Shown piece after piece: positions 51,301-62,948 of a DNA stretch of 64,000 nucleotides (position 1 is its first letter; each line of letters starts with the position of its first letter). The DNA is from Auanema rhodensis (Eukaryota; Animalia; Nematoda). The stretch is taken from positions 4,960,001-5,024,000 of the forward strand of contig OZ059898.1 of the NCBI GenBank assembly GCA_964057225.1. The letters run 5' to 3'. Below the pieces are notes generated by a model. It worked only from the letters and a program-made list of their open reading frames with translations, was not told the origin of the DNA and searched no databases. Made by a program: the position numbers and the translations under genes.

Positions 51301-52732
51301 TAAATCCAGGAAGAACAACTATGATTGGCTGGATATCTAGAAGGAGTAGCGTGAAAAGAGATTAAAAGTAGAAGTTGAAAATCGAATGAGCTGTAAGAAA
51401 TCTGATGAAAGAGAGAGAGAGAGAGTTCTGAATAACAGCTTTCAAATGTAGATAAGCTTTGATAGTTTACCGTTTCAAGTTATTATACAATATTTTTATG
51501 ATTATAAATGAATAAATAATGATATATATATAATATTTTCATTAATAGTGAAAAAATATTAAAAAGAGTTAAAAAACTTATAAATTTACAAGTTTTTTAA
51601 ATATTGTGCAAAGAAGCAAAATAGCAAGAAGCAAAAATTCACACCATCATGCTTATGAAAAGTGAACTTCACATTTAGCTTTTTTATTGATAATTTGAAA
51701 AAACTTTTTCGATTTGTAAACAAATCCGAAGTTGATAACAAAATAGAACGAAAATTAAAATTTCTACACTTCAATATCTCAAGCAAACTTTTTTTTCTTG
51801 AAACGCAAGCAAAACATTAAAAAATCTTGAAAACAGTAATCAACAGCTTGATCACAGTTGAAGCAGCTCTCTACAATCCCATTAAAGTAAAAATTTAGAA
51901 AGAAATTTTTATAAAGAGAGAAAGAGTGAGAGAAAAAAAAGAAATAGAATAAAAGCAAAAGAGGCCTCTATGATCACCTGGTAATCTCCGATTTGCCGAC
52001 GATCTTATGGCACAACATTCTTTGATATTACCTATATAATATGCGAAAATATATGCTTATATATAAAAATAAAAGGAATATTCTTAAAAGAATATTTTTA
52101 TAGGAAATACTTAAAGAAAAAGTATAGTTTATGGTAAAAGAAGATAGTAATAGATAGATAATAGAGAAAATAATTAAGAAGATGATGAAAAATTAATTAA
52201 AAGAAGAAAAAATAGAAATAGAAATAGAAGAATGAAGGTTGAGCGGGTGAAAGATGAAAACGAATATTATAAACAATGACATGAAAAAAGTTTTTTTTTC
52301 AAAACTATTTTTCATGTCAATGTTATGCAATTTGAATAAAATTTGCGAAAAGTTCGTTCACACCATTCTTGACTTAAGCTGAATCGACAGATGTCCAGAA
52401 AATGTTCAAAAAGCTTTGTTTTTTTTTAATTTTTTTTTAAATATAAAATATATCCAAATATTGCTGAACAATCTGCCGATTCTATAGGCAATGTGCCATG
52501 CATATTGAAAACCTACTTCTAGTTGGAGCACGTTTCACTCGTCGTAATGTGCGCATCCATTCCTGAATTTGTAGATCATCACTGAGATCAAGCTCGATTG
52601 ATGTAGATATTGGATCGAGAAGTTCCTATAATAAGTTTTCTCTCTGCGCTTCAAGTATTTTATGCTGAAAACCTGTGCCCAGCATATGCTGATGAACAGC
52701 AATGCCAACAACAGTGGTGTTCGAGGGGTCAT
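2936..52732 (-). CDS. dig-1: Giant secreted Ig-superfamily extracellular matrix protein, DIG-1 ortholog (multi-exon, roughly 14,500 aa by estimate)
   Basis: ATG at 52732 begins a signal peptide ([20 protein letters not shown]). Exon phases were consistent at every junction I checked, through Sushi, EGF, alternating Ig/FN3, EGF, two giant exons of acidic GPDG/LPTD repeats, four VWA, FN3-like and EGF_CA ([16 protein letters not shown]), to TAA at 2938-2936 (...[10 protein letters not shown]). This domain order matches the known architecture of C. elegans DIG-1. Confidence 0.92.
6378..28208 (-). CDS. dig-1: dig-1 giant exon B (21,831 nt, 7,277 codons): end of VWA1, repeat array 2, N-terminal part of VWA2
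   Basis: Acceptor TTTTAG|G ATA CAA at 28208 follows a 52-nt intron. Donor TCT AT|GTATGT at 6378. It lies inside the 7293-aa ORF. VWA2 has an intact MIDAS DTSNS. Confidence 0.92.
7060..28010 (-). repeat. Coding tandem array 2: about 77 x 231-bp (77-aa) A units interspersed with 15 x 207-bp (69-aa) B units
   Basis: Spacings between B units are exact sums n*231+207 (1362, 2286, 1131, 438, 2055, 2748, 438, 1362, 438, 900, 1362, 900, 900, 900), followed by about 15 terminal A units. Confidence 0.95.
28261..41534 (-). CDS. dig-1: dig-1 giant exon A (13,274 nt): repeat array 1 plus N-terminal part of VWA1
   Basis: Acceptor TTATAG|GTT at 41534 is in frame with the 4407-aa ORF. Donor CCT AG|GTGAGT at 28261 (phase 2). 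Confidence 0.92.
28680..40760 (-). repeat. Coding tandem array 1: about 48 x 231-bp A units and 5 x 207-bp B units
   Basis: About 14 A units come first, then B-to-B spacings of 3903, 1362, 1824 and 900 nt (16, 5, 7 and 3 A units), then about 3 A units. Confidence 0.95.
41584..48773 (-). CDS. dig-1: dig-1 multi-exon Ig/FN3 region (about 7 Ig, about 11 FN3) ending in an EGF domain
   Basis: Ig motifs such as [32 protein letters not shown] and [17 protein letters not shown]3 motifs such as VAWKQPE...[20 protein letters not shown] and [23 protein letters not shown] (CDCQHAC...[16 protein letters not shown]) at ~41740-41625. Introns are mostly ~45-60 nt. Confidence 0.9.
48921..49751 (-). CDS. dig-1: dig-1 exons encoding a Cys-rich segment, Sushi/CCP and EGF-like domains (5 exons)
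   Basis: Exons 49751-49699, 49650-49538, 49473-49247 ([30 protein letters not shown], Sushi), 49196-49074 ([12 protein letters not shown]...[19 protein letters not shown]) and 49025-48921. All GT-AG with matching phases. Confidence 0.85.
50492..50713 (-). CDS. dig-1: dig-1 222-nt exon (phase 1-1), acidic and Cys-containing linker
   Basis: TCTCTAG|AA GGT GCC... translates [29 protein letters not shown]...[18 protein letters not shown]. Donor is G|GTTAGA. Confidence 0.8.
51193..51336 (-). CDS. dig-1: dig-1 144-nt exon (phase 1-1) with second furin-type site RRRYKR
   Basis: CTTCTAG|AT ATC CAG... translates [47 protein letters not shown]. Donor is G|GTCAGT. Confidence 0.72.
51978..52031 (-). 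CDS. dig-1: Putative 54-nt dig-1 cassette exon (phase 1-1)
   Basis: ATATAG|GT AAT ATC AAA GAA TGT TGT...CCA G|GTGATC. Open frame (S)[17 protein letters not shown] in a GC-richer island inside an AT-rich intron. Confidence 0.45.
52517..52625 (-). CDS. dig-1: dig-1 exon 2: pro-region with furin-type site RRVKR
   Basis: TATAG|GAA CTT CTC GAT... translates [36 protein letters not shown]. Donor is A|GTAGGT (phase 1). Confidence 0.8.
52673..52732 (-). CDS. dig-1: dig-1 first coding exon: signal peptide
   Basis: 60 nt encoding [20 protein letters not shown], followed by CAG|GT. A TTTATAG acceptor lies 28 nt upstream of the ATG. Confidence 0.85.
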
Positions 52733-52760
52733 AACCCTTCTATTTGATTATAATCAACTC

Positions 52761-52772
52761 CTATAAATTAAA
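52761..52772 (-). promoter_or_regulatory. 3' splice acceptor upstream of the dig-1 ATG (SL trans-splice site or 5' UTR intron)
   Basis: TTTAATTTATAG|GAG lies 28 nt upstream of the start codon, preceded by an AU-rich tract. Confidence 0.4.
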
Positions 52773-53359
52773 TTTTAAAAAAATAATTTGAATATTTGTG
52801 TGAATAAAGGAGTTTAGGAAAACTTCCTTGCCTGTATTGCTATAAGTCGACAATTTGTTCCATACAAAGCAAAAAATTGAGCTAAGTATTAGTCGTGTAT
52901 GGTTTACCACCTGTTGTATTATGTTGATTTCTATAATAAGAAATAAATGATATATGTATATATAGTTAAAGATTTCATTTGAATAAATATAAGAAATAAA
53001 TATATAAAATGAACTGATAATGATTATATAGAATGATTCGGGTTTTATCTTTTTGTTTTCTAGACTTGATATGACCAAATAAAGTAGTTAACATATGTTA
53101 AATAGTAAGGTCAATGTTGATCCAGAAAAAAAGCAAAAAGAGAGAGAGAGGGAGAGCGAACGTGGACATAGAGAGAGAAAGGTGAGATAAAGGTAGAGTA
53201 TGAGAATCTGAGATATTGAGAGGGCGGGAAGAGATATAAAGAGAGCAATAGTGATAGACAGAGGAGGAGAATGATTACGCAACAATTGATACCAACTAGT
53301 CAATTCCAGAAGTTTTAGCTTATCAACCAATGTCTATTCCTTTAAAAACCCCTTTATAG

Positions 53360-53364
<5 letters not shown>

Positions 53365-53406
<42 letters not shown>

Positions 53407-53420
53407 TGTGAGAGAGAGAG
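53365..53420. repeat. (GA)n microsatellite with a short GT interruption
   Basis: Visible agagag... run. Confidence 0.9.
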
Positions 53421-56400
53421 AAGGGATGAAGAGACAGAAGAGAATGGAGATATTCAGCAGCAACGATATCTCATTGAAAAGTAAAGATGAGGATAAGTGA
53501 AAGAAAAAAAAACGAAAGTGACATTCAAAGGGCAAAAAATCTGATTGGCTTAGTGACAACTTGATCACTTGATTAGGATCTCTGAATTGAATATAGAATT
53601 TTCAGCTCTTGCTCAGCCCCACTTTAGAGTTGTTAGCTTCCATCTTCCAACAACTGCTCTAGTTCCTTTCATTCTTCTCTTCATTTTCCCTTTCTTTTCT
53701 CTTTTCCATCTTATACTCTCTATACTAGATATTTAACAGCCGGATACTTTGCTAGCTTTCAAACCTTTTCATAGTCATAAAACAATAAAAAAGTAAATAT
53801 TATAAAGTTGCACAGAAGACAAGAAGAGAAGTTATGCTTAAGAATAAAAATATGAAACTCATGAGAGTCTATATTGAAGAGGAAGGATCACTGTCTTACC
53901 AATGAAGAACAATGTAGTAAGGAGTAACATGAATTGTTTGAAAATTCTTGTTTAATGTTGATCATTTACACAGCATTACTCAATACATTATTGAAACTTT
54001 ATATGAATATTTAATGAAATGAAGACATATTTTCTATTATGAGAAATGAAGATTTGACATTTCACCTATCTGATTATAGATTGAATATGAGTATTCTTTT
54101 AATTATTACTAATAATGTTAAATAACAAAATAATTAAAATAACTTGGGACTGTCAGCAATATTTCCCGCTTCTGATGGTTACTAAGACGGTAATGTCCGG
54201 ATGGTCAGCATATGTTGCCCCTCCTCTCACCCAGACTGAGTAACAGATACGAACAGATTAAAATGTATGTTATAAAAAATTAATTATAATATAATAATAT
54301 TTGTATATTATATAATAATTATATTTTTTAAATGAAAATGACTATGAATATGAATGAGATTTTTATGATTCATTCAGTTTTTTGCAAAGCAATACAGTAA
54401 GCACTAAGTGCAGAGAAATTTTTGGCAAAATTCTTAAACAAATGATTGAAAACGAAGATCTTACTTGTGGATTTGTAAAATCAAAAGACTCTCCTTCATG
54501 AATGTTCTTGAGAGTTATAGCATATGGAGAGAATAAAGACAGATGTGTATGAAAACGATATTAAGAACAAGATGATGTGTGAGCTATATACTTTGAAATT
54601 TAAAATGATAAACGTATATGATATAGTAAAATGATTAATGTAATAGTTAATATTGATATTTTCTTTAAATATATATTTATATAATTAAATTATCTTAAAT
54701 AGTAAAGAGATAAAGGAGAAGTTAGGATAAGAAGGTAAAGAGGATGAAGAAGAAGAAGGAAGAAACTAGGAGAGGGAAGACAAAGTTTTAGCAGTTGCCC
54801 ACTCATATCATTCGATATATTAAAAGGTCAGTAGCCAATGTATCTGCCGTTGGTTAGAATTTTTACCAGATTCTAACCATATATAGAGATATCAGGTTTC
54901 ATGGTATACAGAAGTTTAGACAACGTAATCAGTTAGTTTACATATACAATGTAATTGAATTTACTATACATTTTGATATTTACGGTATAATAACGTTATT
55001 TATTTTTTTTTTTTGAAATTTGAATAATTTGAAAATAATTTTCATTTTCCTTATAGTTTCTATATTACATGAAGAAATTAAGTTAATTTCTTGATATAAT
55101 AATTACAAAATATTGCATAATTTTAATAAAATATATAATAAATAAATGATATTTATAATAATTTATATTAAAATAGTTATTTAATAATTAGAAAAATATA
55201 ATAAAATGTTCTTAAATTAGTTTATTGAATTATGAACACGTGGATCATCACATATTATAAACTATTTTTTTTTGCAAAAACTATGAATAATGAACCAAAA
55301 AAAATGGTTGAAAGATGAGAAGAATAAACGAAAAAAATTAAATTGAAACCAACTCTTGGAGAAATTTAGAATTTTTTGAAGATATTGGTCAGAAGAAGAA
55401 TTGAGTTTAGGAATTAACACATCACATCTGTCTACAAACTATTTTTGATGAAAACAAAAGGAAAAAAATGAAAACGTGAGGTTCAAAGAAAAAGAAGAAA
55501 ATAGAAAAAGTAGAAATAAATATTATTTTTGCTTTGAAAATAATATTTATTGATGAATAATCAGAGAAAGGAAAAGAAATAGAATTCTGAATAAGATAGG
55601 ATTACTAGTTTATAAAGAAATGATGAATATATGTAGATGAAATGTTTTTTGTTTTCATAATTTGAACTGTTCATTTTTGATTTGAAAAAAACAGATGCTA
55701 AGCTGAGATTTATCCAATGAGCATGCTATGCCAGATCGTGATGTAAGGAGGAGCAGCAAGGGGGGCAGATAGGAGGAGTCACACGTCGGACAGAAGAATG
55801 AAAAGATGAGCGTTAGGAGGTAGATGAACGGATAGAAATATAAAGAGAAAAAGATATATATAGAGAGAGAGAAGAAGAAGAAACTATAGATAGAAAGAGA
55901 TTTAGAGAAATGATGATATGAAGAGATTAGAGGTAGGTGAGAGTGAGAAGATCCAAGACAACTGTGCCTTCGGATGGCAGGAAGAGGTCTACGTTGAGAC
56001 CTGTTAAGCAGACTGCGGAAGGACTCAGCTATCATGTTCACCTTTCAACTAATTGCTATGATTTATGCAATGAGAGGAGAAAAAGAAAAATCACTTTCAG
56101 AACAAAAAAAAAAGAATTCGAAAAAATCGTTTTTATGTATACGGATTTCAACGATTATTTAAACTTTTTTTTAAAACAAAAATATTAAAATTAAAAAATT
56201 GAGAATATATATAGAAAATTAACGTAGTTATATATAAATAACTTAACTATATATATATATGAAACTATATTAAAGATTGGCTTTTGTCTTTGACTGACAC
56301 TATACGTTATCGCCAATTTAATTTACTATAGTACCCTCAGGACACAAAATTCTTATTTAAGGTTGCATGTTGCGAAAACTTAATGAATTAGTTAACTTTA

Positions 56401-59050
56401 AGTTATAAAATGAATAAGAATGAAGAAAAGCTTTGGTATATTATAAACATTTTCTTTTCTTCTTTTTCAAAAAAATAATATTTTAATGAAAAACTAAATA
56501 TTATTATAATATTATAAATAAAATTATTATTGTTTTGTTCTAAATTAAAAAAAAAAAGCAAGAAAATGTTTTCCAATTTTAAAACTTAGAATAGTGCTCA
56601 CCAAGAAGAAAATGTAATCAAAAGCCGATTTATAACGGAAGAGGAAAGTTGAGAGAATGATTTGTACCAGATGTAGAGAATAACTATTGACACCAAATGT
56701 GTCTTTTCTTAAAAGATATTTAAATAGAAACTGTCTCTTAATGCTTAAATGATTGATAAATCGAAGAAGAAAAAAGAGAAAATAGGATAGAAGAATAAAG
56801 AAGGGAAAGAAGGAAAGCATAGGAGAGGTATGGATAAGATGAAGAAGGTTGTTTTGGAAAAAAAAACAACAAATTTGCCACGATATGGAATATGAAGAAG
56901 AATTTATGAAAATTTAATGACATTTTCAGTTAAAACTAGCCGATTACGTTATAAAATCATAACTGAAAGCAAGTAAAAGTTTTGATAAAATGAGAATATT
57001 TTAAAAAATAACCTCATAGTTAAATAATTTATAATCCTAATTTATATAATAAGTTGCTTATATATATATTTTATTTATCGTATAATATTTTATAGTTAAA
57101 ATATTTTAACTATATAAATTATAAATTATATATAATTATTTAAATGTTATTCAAACTTGAATTATTCTTCTCAAAATGCTACTCAACGGTTCAAACTGTT
57201 TTGGAGAATAAGAACTCTCAATGGGGGTCATCGTTCGGATTTTCGTAACGATTAGGTGAGATCACCGATGCTGAGTGGCGACAAGCTCGCATGTTTCAGT
57301 CATTTATGATGGATTGACGGCAGGAATGTAGAAAAGAAGAAAGACAGAGAGGGAAAAGCATAGAAAGAGATGCTTTTCATAGTTTACGGACTTCTTCCTA
57401 AGAAATAAGTAAAATTGTAAGAATACAATAATAAGTAAAGAAAAAATATTTATATTTATTATAATCTTTAGAAGAATTTATATTATTTTTATCGAAATTT
57501 TGTCGTTCAAAATACAGACTTAGTAGTACCATCTGTTGAAGTTTTTTTTTTCTTCTCTTCATAATTGTTCATTCGATATGTTTAGATGTAGCTTAGTTCA
57601 GATTTTGAAAAGTTTTTAACAAAAAAAAAAGGAAAAATGAAAGTAATTTATCATTTTTCTAAATAGTTTCAAGATATGTTTTTACATTATTTTCCTAACA
57701 GAAGGTTCAAACTTTCTTTCTTTAAAATCTTTAATAGATGATGATGTAATTTCATCTTAAAATATTTTTTTTTATAAATAATATACTTTTGATTTAGTTT
57801 TAATCATAAAAAATAAATATTTAAGGAGATTAAAAATACAATGCTTAGTAGTTATTAGATGATATTGATTAGATATTTCTTCTTTTTTTAAAATAATACT
57901 GACTGAAGTGATGAGGTAATATAATCAGAATAGTAAAGTATATGGAAAAGGATGAGGATGAGAGATATTATGTGGCAGTTTGATCGTAAATAATCTTTCA
58001 GTCAGACATTTCAGACAAATTACCTGATCAGAACTTGAGTGTGGGGATAAGATAAAGATAGTTGCGAAACAAAATGCCCTCAGGGCTGACCCTCCCCTGC
58101 TCCTTGCCTTTTCATTCTTGTCGATTATATGTATTTAAGTGTTCATTCTCTATATCTCTTTATCTTTATCTCTTTCTCTAGACAGTTTGAGTAGGTGGTG
58201 GCAAGAGAATACCTCAACGATAATGATTAGAAAGTAGATTTGAAGCAGTACCAATAATGAAACGACGAAAAGGTGATCAATCAAAGTAAAAAGATTGATT
58301 TAAAAGAATGACTAGAACTGTGTTATATTGTGAAAAAGAACAAAAAAAAATATTTGAAAATGAAATATTTGACAAATAAAAATTCTTCCAACTTTTTTTC
58401 TTTTTTGAATTGATTTGTCACTGTAAGAATTTTTCGGAAGAGGTCAAATTGACAACTCCAGTTGCCTCCCTCTTTCCAACCTCTTTGTACTCAAAAGAGA
58501 TGGTTGATTTCGTGCACCGTGGTAAATTAGAAAATGGAAGAAATATAGAGAGTATTAGGGAGAGAGCTTGAAAGAGATAGAAGCAAAGATGGAGAAAGAA
58601 GAGATGAAGAAAGGAAGACGATTGACGGTGACACTAACTAGGTGGCTCAGTGTAATTTATAACACTCATATGTATTGTTATTTCTGGAGCTCTACTGACT
58701 TTTCATCTCTTTCTCTCTATCTTTCTTTCTCTCTCTCTCTCTATCTCTCTTAGTATTTCTCTGTTACATATAACCACCTTACTTATTCATTTAGCTCCCA
58801 ATCTATCTTATAGCATCTCTTCATCTTTATTAACTATAACATGTTTAGAAAGATAGATATAAATTACTAAAACAGTTACAGAATTTGCTCTGAAGAATCT
58901 CAAATTTCTTCAAAAGCTTAATGCTAAGATAATCTATTTGATATCTTTATTTCACCTTTAACTGTAAATATTATAAAATACAAATAAATAAAGAACAAAA
59001 AATAAAATGACATATAATCCAAGGAAAAAAAGTTGGCAAGTTAAGGAGAA

Positions 59051-59054
<4 letters not shown>

Positions 59055-59101
<47 letters not shown>
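59055..59101. repeat. (TC)n microsatellite
   Basis: Visible tctctc... run with one tt interruption. Confidence 0.9.
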
Positions 59102-61514
59102 ATTATACACAATCATTCTTCATTTATCTCTTTTACAGATATGTTCAGTTGGTTTATTAACGTGGTGATCGTAATGCATATAGTGTTGCAAAAAGTTTAG
59201 CAAACTATTCAAAATTGAAATATAATAGAGTTGGATAAACTAAATAATCAAAATAAAACATTTCTGATGCTCTTTCCTGACTAATGACAAATGGACAATT
59301 ATAAAATTACAAACAATCATTTTCAATCAAAAAAAAAAAGAAAAAAAAGAGTTTCATTTTATAAATTAGTTTGGAAACAGACCCTTACAACTTTTTGAAA
59401 TAAATATACGAGAATGTTAAGATAAATTCCAATGATGATTACAAGATATTCCTAGTTTTAAGACAACAGGCACATTTGCCTTGCCATCAATTGACGATAA
59501 AAAGCTTGTTTGTATCTTTTTCAAAGGCAACCGAATACCTTGTTAAATTGTTCTTCTAAGATAATCAAGATATTTAGATTTAACTAATATAATTTAGTGA
59601 AAACAAGTATAAAAAACTATATATTATAAACAATTTTATATATGTATAGTTATAAAATTACTTATACATATATGTATTTTCTTATAAATATATTCATTTT
59701 TTTCAATTAAAACGTCATAGTTAAAAAAATTTGAATAAAGTTGCAACATGAAGATTTAATGATGTAATGCCGCGGTGGTGGTCTGGCTGAAGACGACAAG
59801 TGTTAGACGATGTCAGCATGGCACACTTCGAACGGCTGTTTCTTTATTTCCGTTCAAGAAATGAACAAAATTCAGATGACACATTCGGGCCCCGTTGTCT
59901 TTTCGTCCTCATCCTTGTTCATCAGCAACAAGATCGAGCACGATCCAAATTTGGCTTACAATCGACAATGTCGTTGTCGGATTTCATTTTTTCGTAAATC
60001 ACATCACCGACTTGCTCTTGGCATCATCTATCTCTAGTTCCCTTTGGCCTCCAGAAACAATGCTATACTAGCTGTCTATGTGGTTCATCTTGAACATCCG
60101 TAAATGAACTACGAAAGATATAGATTCGATTTTCCGCATCATTGAGCACTCATTTGGCTTTCAGATGCCTTTAACCTTATTTTTCAAGCAAATAATTTTA
60201 TTTTTTCTTATTATTTATAAATAAATATTTATATTAATAAGATATAGAAGGAGATAATTTCAAAATTTTCAAATAAAAATAAAAAATATAAATTCTTTGA
60301 ACTACAGTATGATGATCATATTATAAAGTTACAGTATACAGTAGAATAAATATATAATTTTATAGATTATTCATAGAAAATCAGACAATTCAATAAAAAA
60401 AAAGAAAAATTCAGTAGAAAAGTCATAGTAAATGTCATAATAACTGGAAGAAGAGGAGAATAGTGACCACAGCTCATAGTTTTTTTGTAAATTTTCTTCA
60501 TTTTCAAAAACAAATAATCAATATATCTATATATATCATAATATATAGATGTATATTTCTTTAAAACTTCTCAAATAACGGTTTAAATATTGACGGATAG
60601 CTACTTATCCTGCTTTTCATATTATATTGAAGTAATTCATCATAATGTTTCGACAGGCATTTCCAATCACTTATCTCGATTTGAAAAAAAACTGCAAAAC
60701 ATCGAACTTCATCCTCGATAATGGACTTATTCAGCCGAGGAAATATGTTGTAAGCAGAAGTCTTTTTCATTTATTCTGAGCATTTAGTGACAAAATTCTT
60801 TTGAAACTTCAATAATATAACTTCCATTACTTGAACTTTTCTTTTTCCTATTGTTTAAAATTTTTTTTAATTTAAAAAAAAAAAAAAATTCAAATATATA
60901 TTGTGATAAATTAAATTTTCTTTATTATATTTAAATAATATAAATAAACTTTTACATATAGTTTCTAATTTTAATTGGAAATCGTACAATATCAATCGTT
61001 CAACTTTAGTCATTAACCCTTGACACCTTTTACAACGTAGAATTGATGGGTAGGATCAAATTTAAAGTCAAGCAGATACATGACCAGGAAAAAGTGTTCT
61101 TTTTTATTTTTTTTTAAAAAACAACATGTGAACAACATACTATTTTAACTTACAAATATATTATATATATATATAGATATAGATATAGAGAGATATTATA
61201 GTTTTAAAATTTTAAAATTAACTAAACGATATCTTTAAAATATTTTGAAAAAATAAAATAAATATTTTATATAAAAGAAATTTTAAGAAATATATATATA
61301 TATATATTGAAACTATAATTTCATATCAAATACTATTTCAATATAATTTTTTCATAAAAAACGTCACGAAACTTTTTTTTTTTTTTTTGATTTTTTTCTG
61401 CTACCGTATGAATATCCTGGAAAGGAGATATGAGGATAAAGCACAAAGAATAGTTATGTTTGATTGTGTCTGGACAACGAATAACGTTTGTTCGTTCAAA
61501 CCTTAGTTGGTCTA

Positions 61515-61516
<2 letters not shown>

Positions 61517-61550
<34 letters not shown>
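61517..61550. repeat. (TC)n microsatellite
   Basis: About 17 TC units. Confidence 0.9.
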
Positions 61551-61552
<2 letters not shown>

Positions 61553-62909
61553 ATGATTATTAAATGATTTAAGAAAGATATATAAGTTGGAAAAAATCAG
61601 ATTTAAATTTTTAAAAAATAGTAAAATGGTCAATCACTCAATCTATCTTGAAATGGTTGTAAATATTCATATTTAACATCTATTCTTAGTTTGTTTATAA
61701 ATTTTATATTGAAAGTTTATTAATGTACAAATAAGATTTATATAGAATTTAAATTATATTTTATATAATTAAATATTATTATATAAATTATCAAAAAATA
61801 AAAAGATAAAGAGATGAAAATCTAAATTCTAAAATTTAAAAAAAAATAAAAGAAGAAAAGAAATGAAGAAATCTTTAAATTTGAGGAAGAAATTTCAAAA
61901 CTTAGTATCTTAAAAGCTTATTAGCATTAGATTTAAGAGAAACTTCTATTATATGAGCTCTTATATTATAAACTTTCAATGTAAATGGTTAGTTGTGGCA
62001 AAATAATTTTCAATGAAAAAGAATAATTGAAAAATAGAAATAAAGATATGATCTCAATGATTTAAACGTTTTAGAAATAATGATTATCATTGGATTATTC
62101 AAGTATTTATTCAAATTTGGAAAGAAGGATCGTAGTAAATTAGTTTTATGTTGATGAGGGATGATTGGGGGGGGGGGGGGTTCTGTACTAGAACTAGAGC
62201 TATGATCACATAGAAAGAAGGAGTAGGAAACAGAGAGCTCTCTCTGTTTATGTTTCGAATAAACTTAAATCTACTCATATTGAAAGAAATCTTATTGAGA
62301 AGGGATATTAGCTGAGAAATTAAAAGAGAGAAAGAGAGTGAAAGAGAAAGAGAGAGAGAAAGGGCAAGATAGTCTGGAAGAAGAAGCTCATGACACGATT
62401 TCGCATCTGCTATGATTTTTATGAAGAAAAAAACCAACAAATTTCATAATAGTATAGTTGTAGAATCTTCGAATAATAATATTAAAGAATAATTTGTTAG
62501 AAATTGATCGAAATTGTAAGACGATTGATGTATGAGAGTGAATTAAGCTAAAAAGATTTTATATTTCACCCTTCGTCTAGCTTACTCGTTCTTATTCTGT
62601 TTCCTGAGCTTTTCTTTCTCTTCTTCAGTTTCTGCCTTATATGACACTCTTGTGTGTACCAGCAATTGCACAGACAGCAAGTCTCTGATTCGCGAATATG
62701 CAGCAGGCTTCACGTGAAATCTGAGATGTGGAGACCGTCAGGCTATTTCAATGTGCTCAGCCGTTCCCACTCGTCGCTTTTTCCGTTGTCTTCTTTCCGT
62801 TTCAATCTTCCCAGTTAGCAAAATTCAAATACATATATGTTCATGGAATAGAATAGAAGTTGCTTAACATATAAATAGTAAGTTTATTCAAAAATGAATA
62901 AAGAAAGAT

Positions 62910-62913
<4 letters not shown>

Positions 62914-62948
<35 letters not shown>

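Noticed and set aside
54851-54879. 10-bp inverted repeat TGGTTAGAAT...ATTCTAACCA
   Set aside because: Too short to distinguish from chance, and intrinsic terminators are not relevant in a eukaryotic locus.
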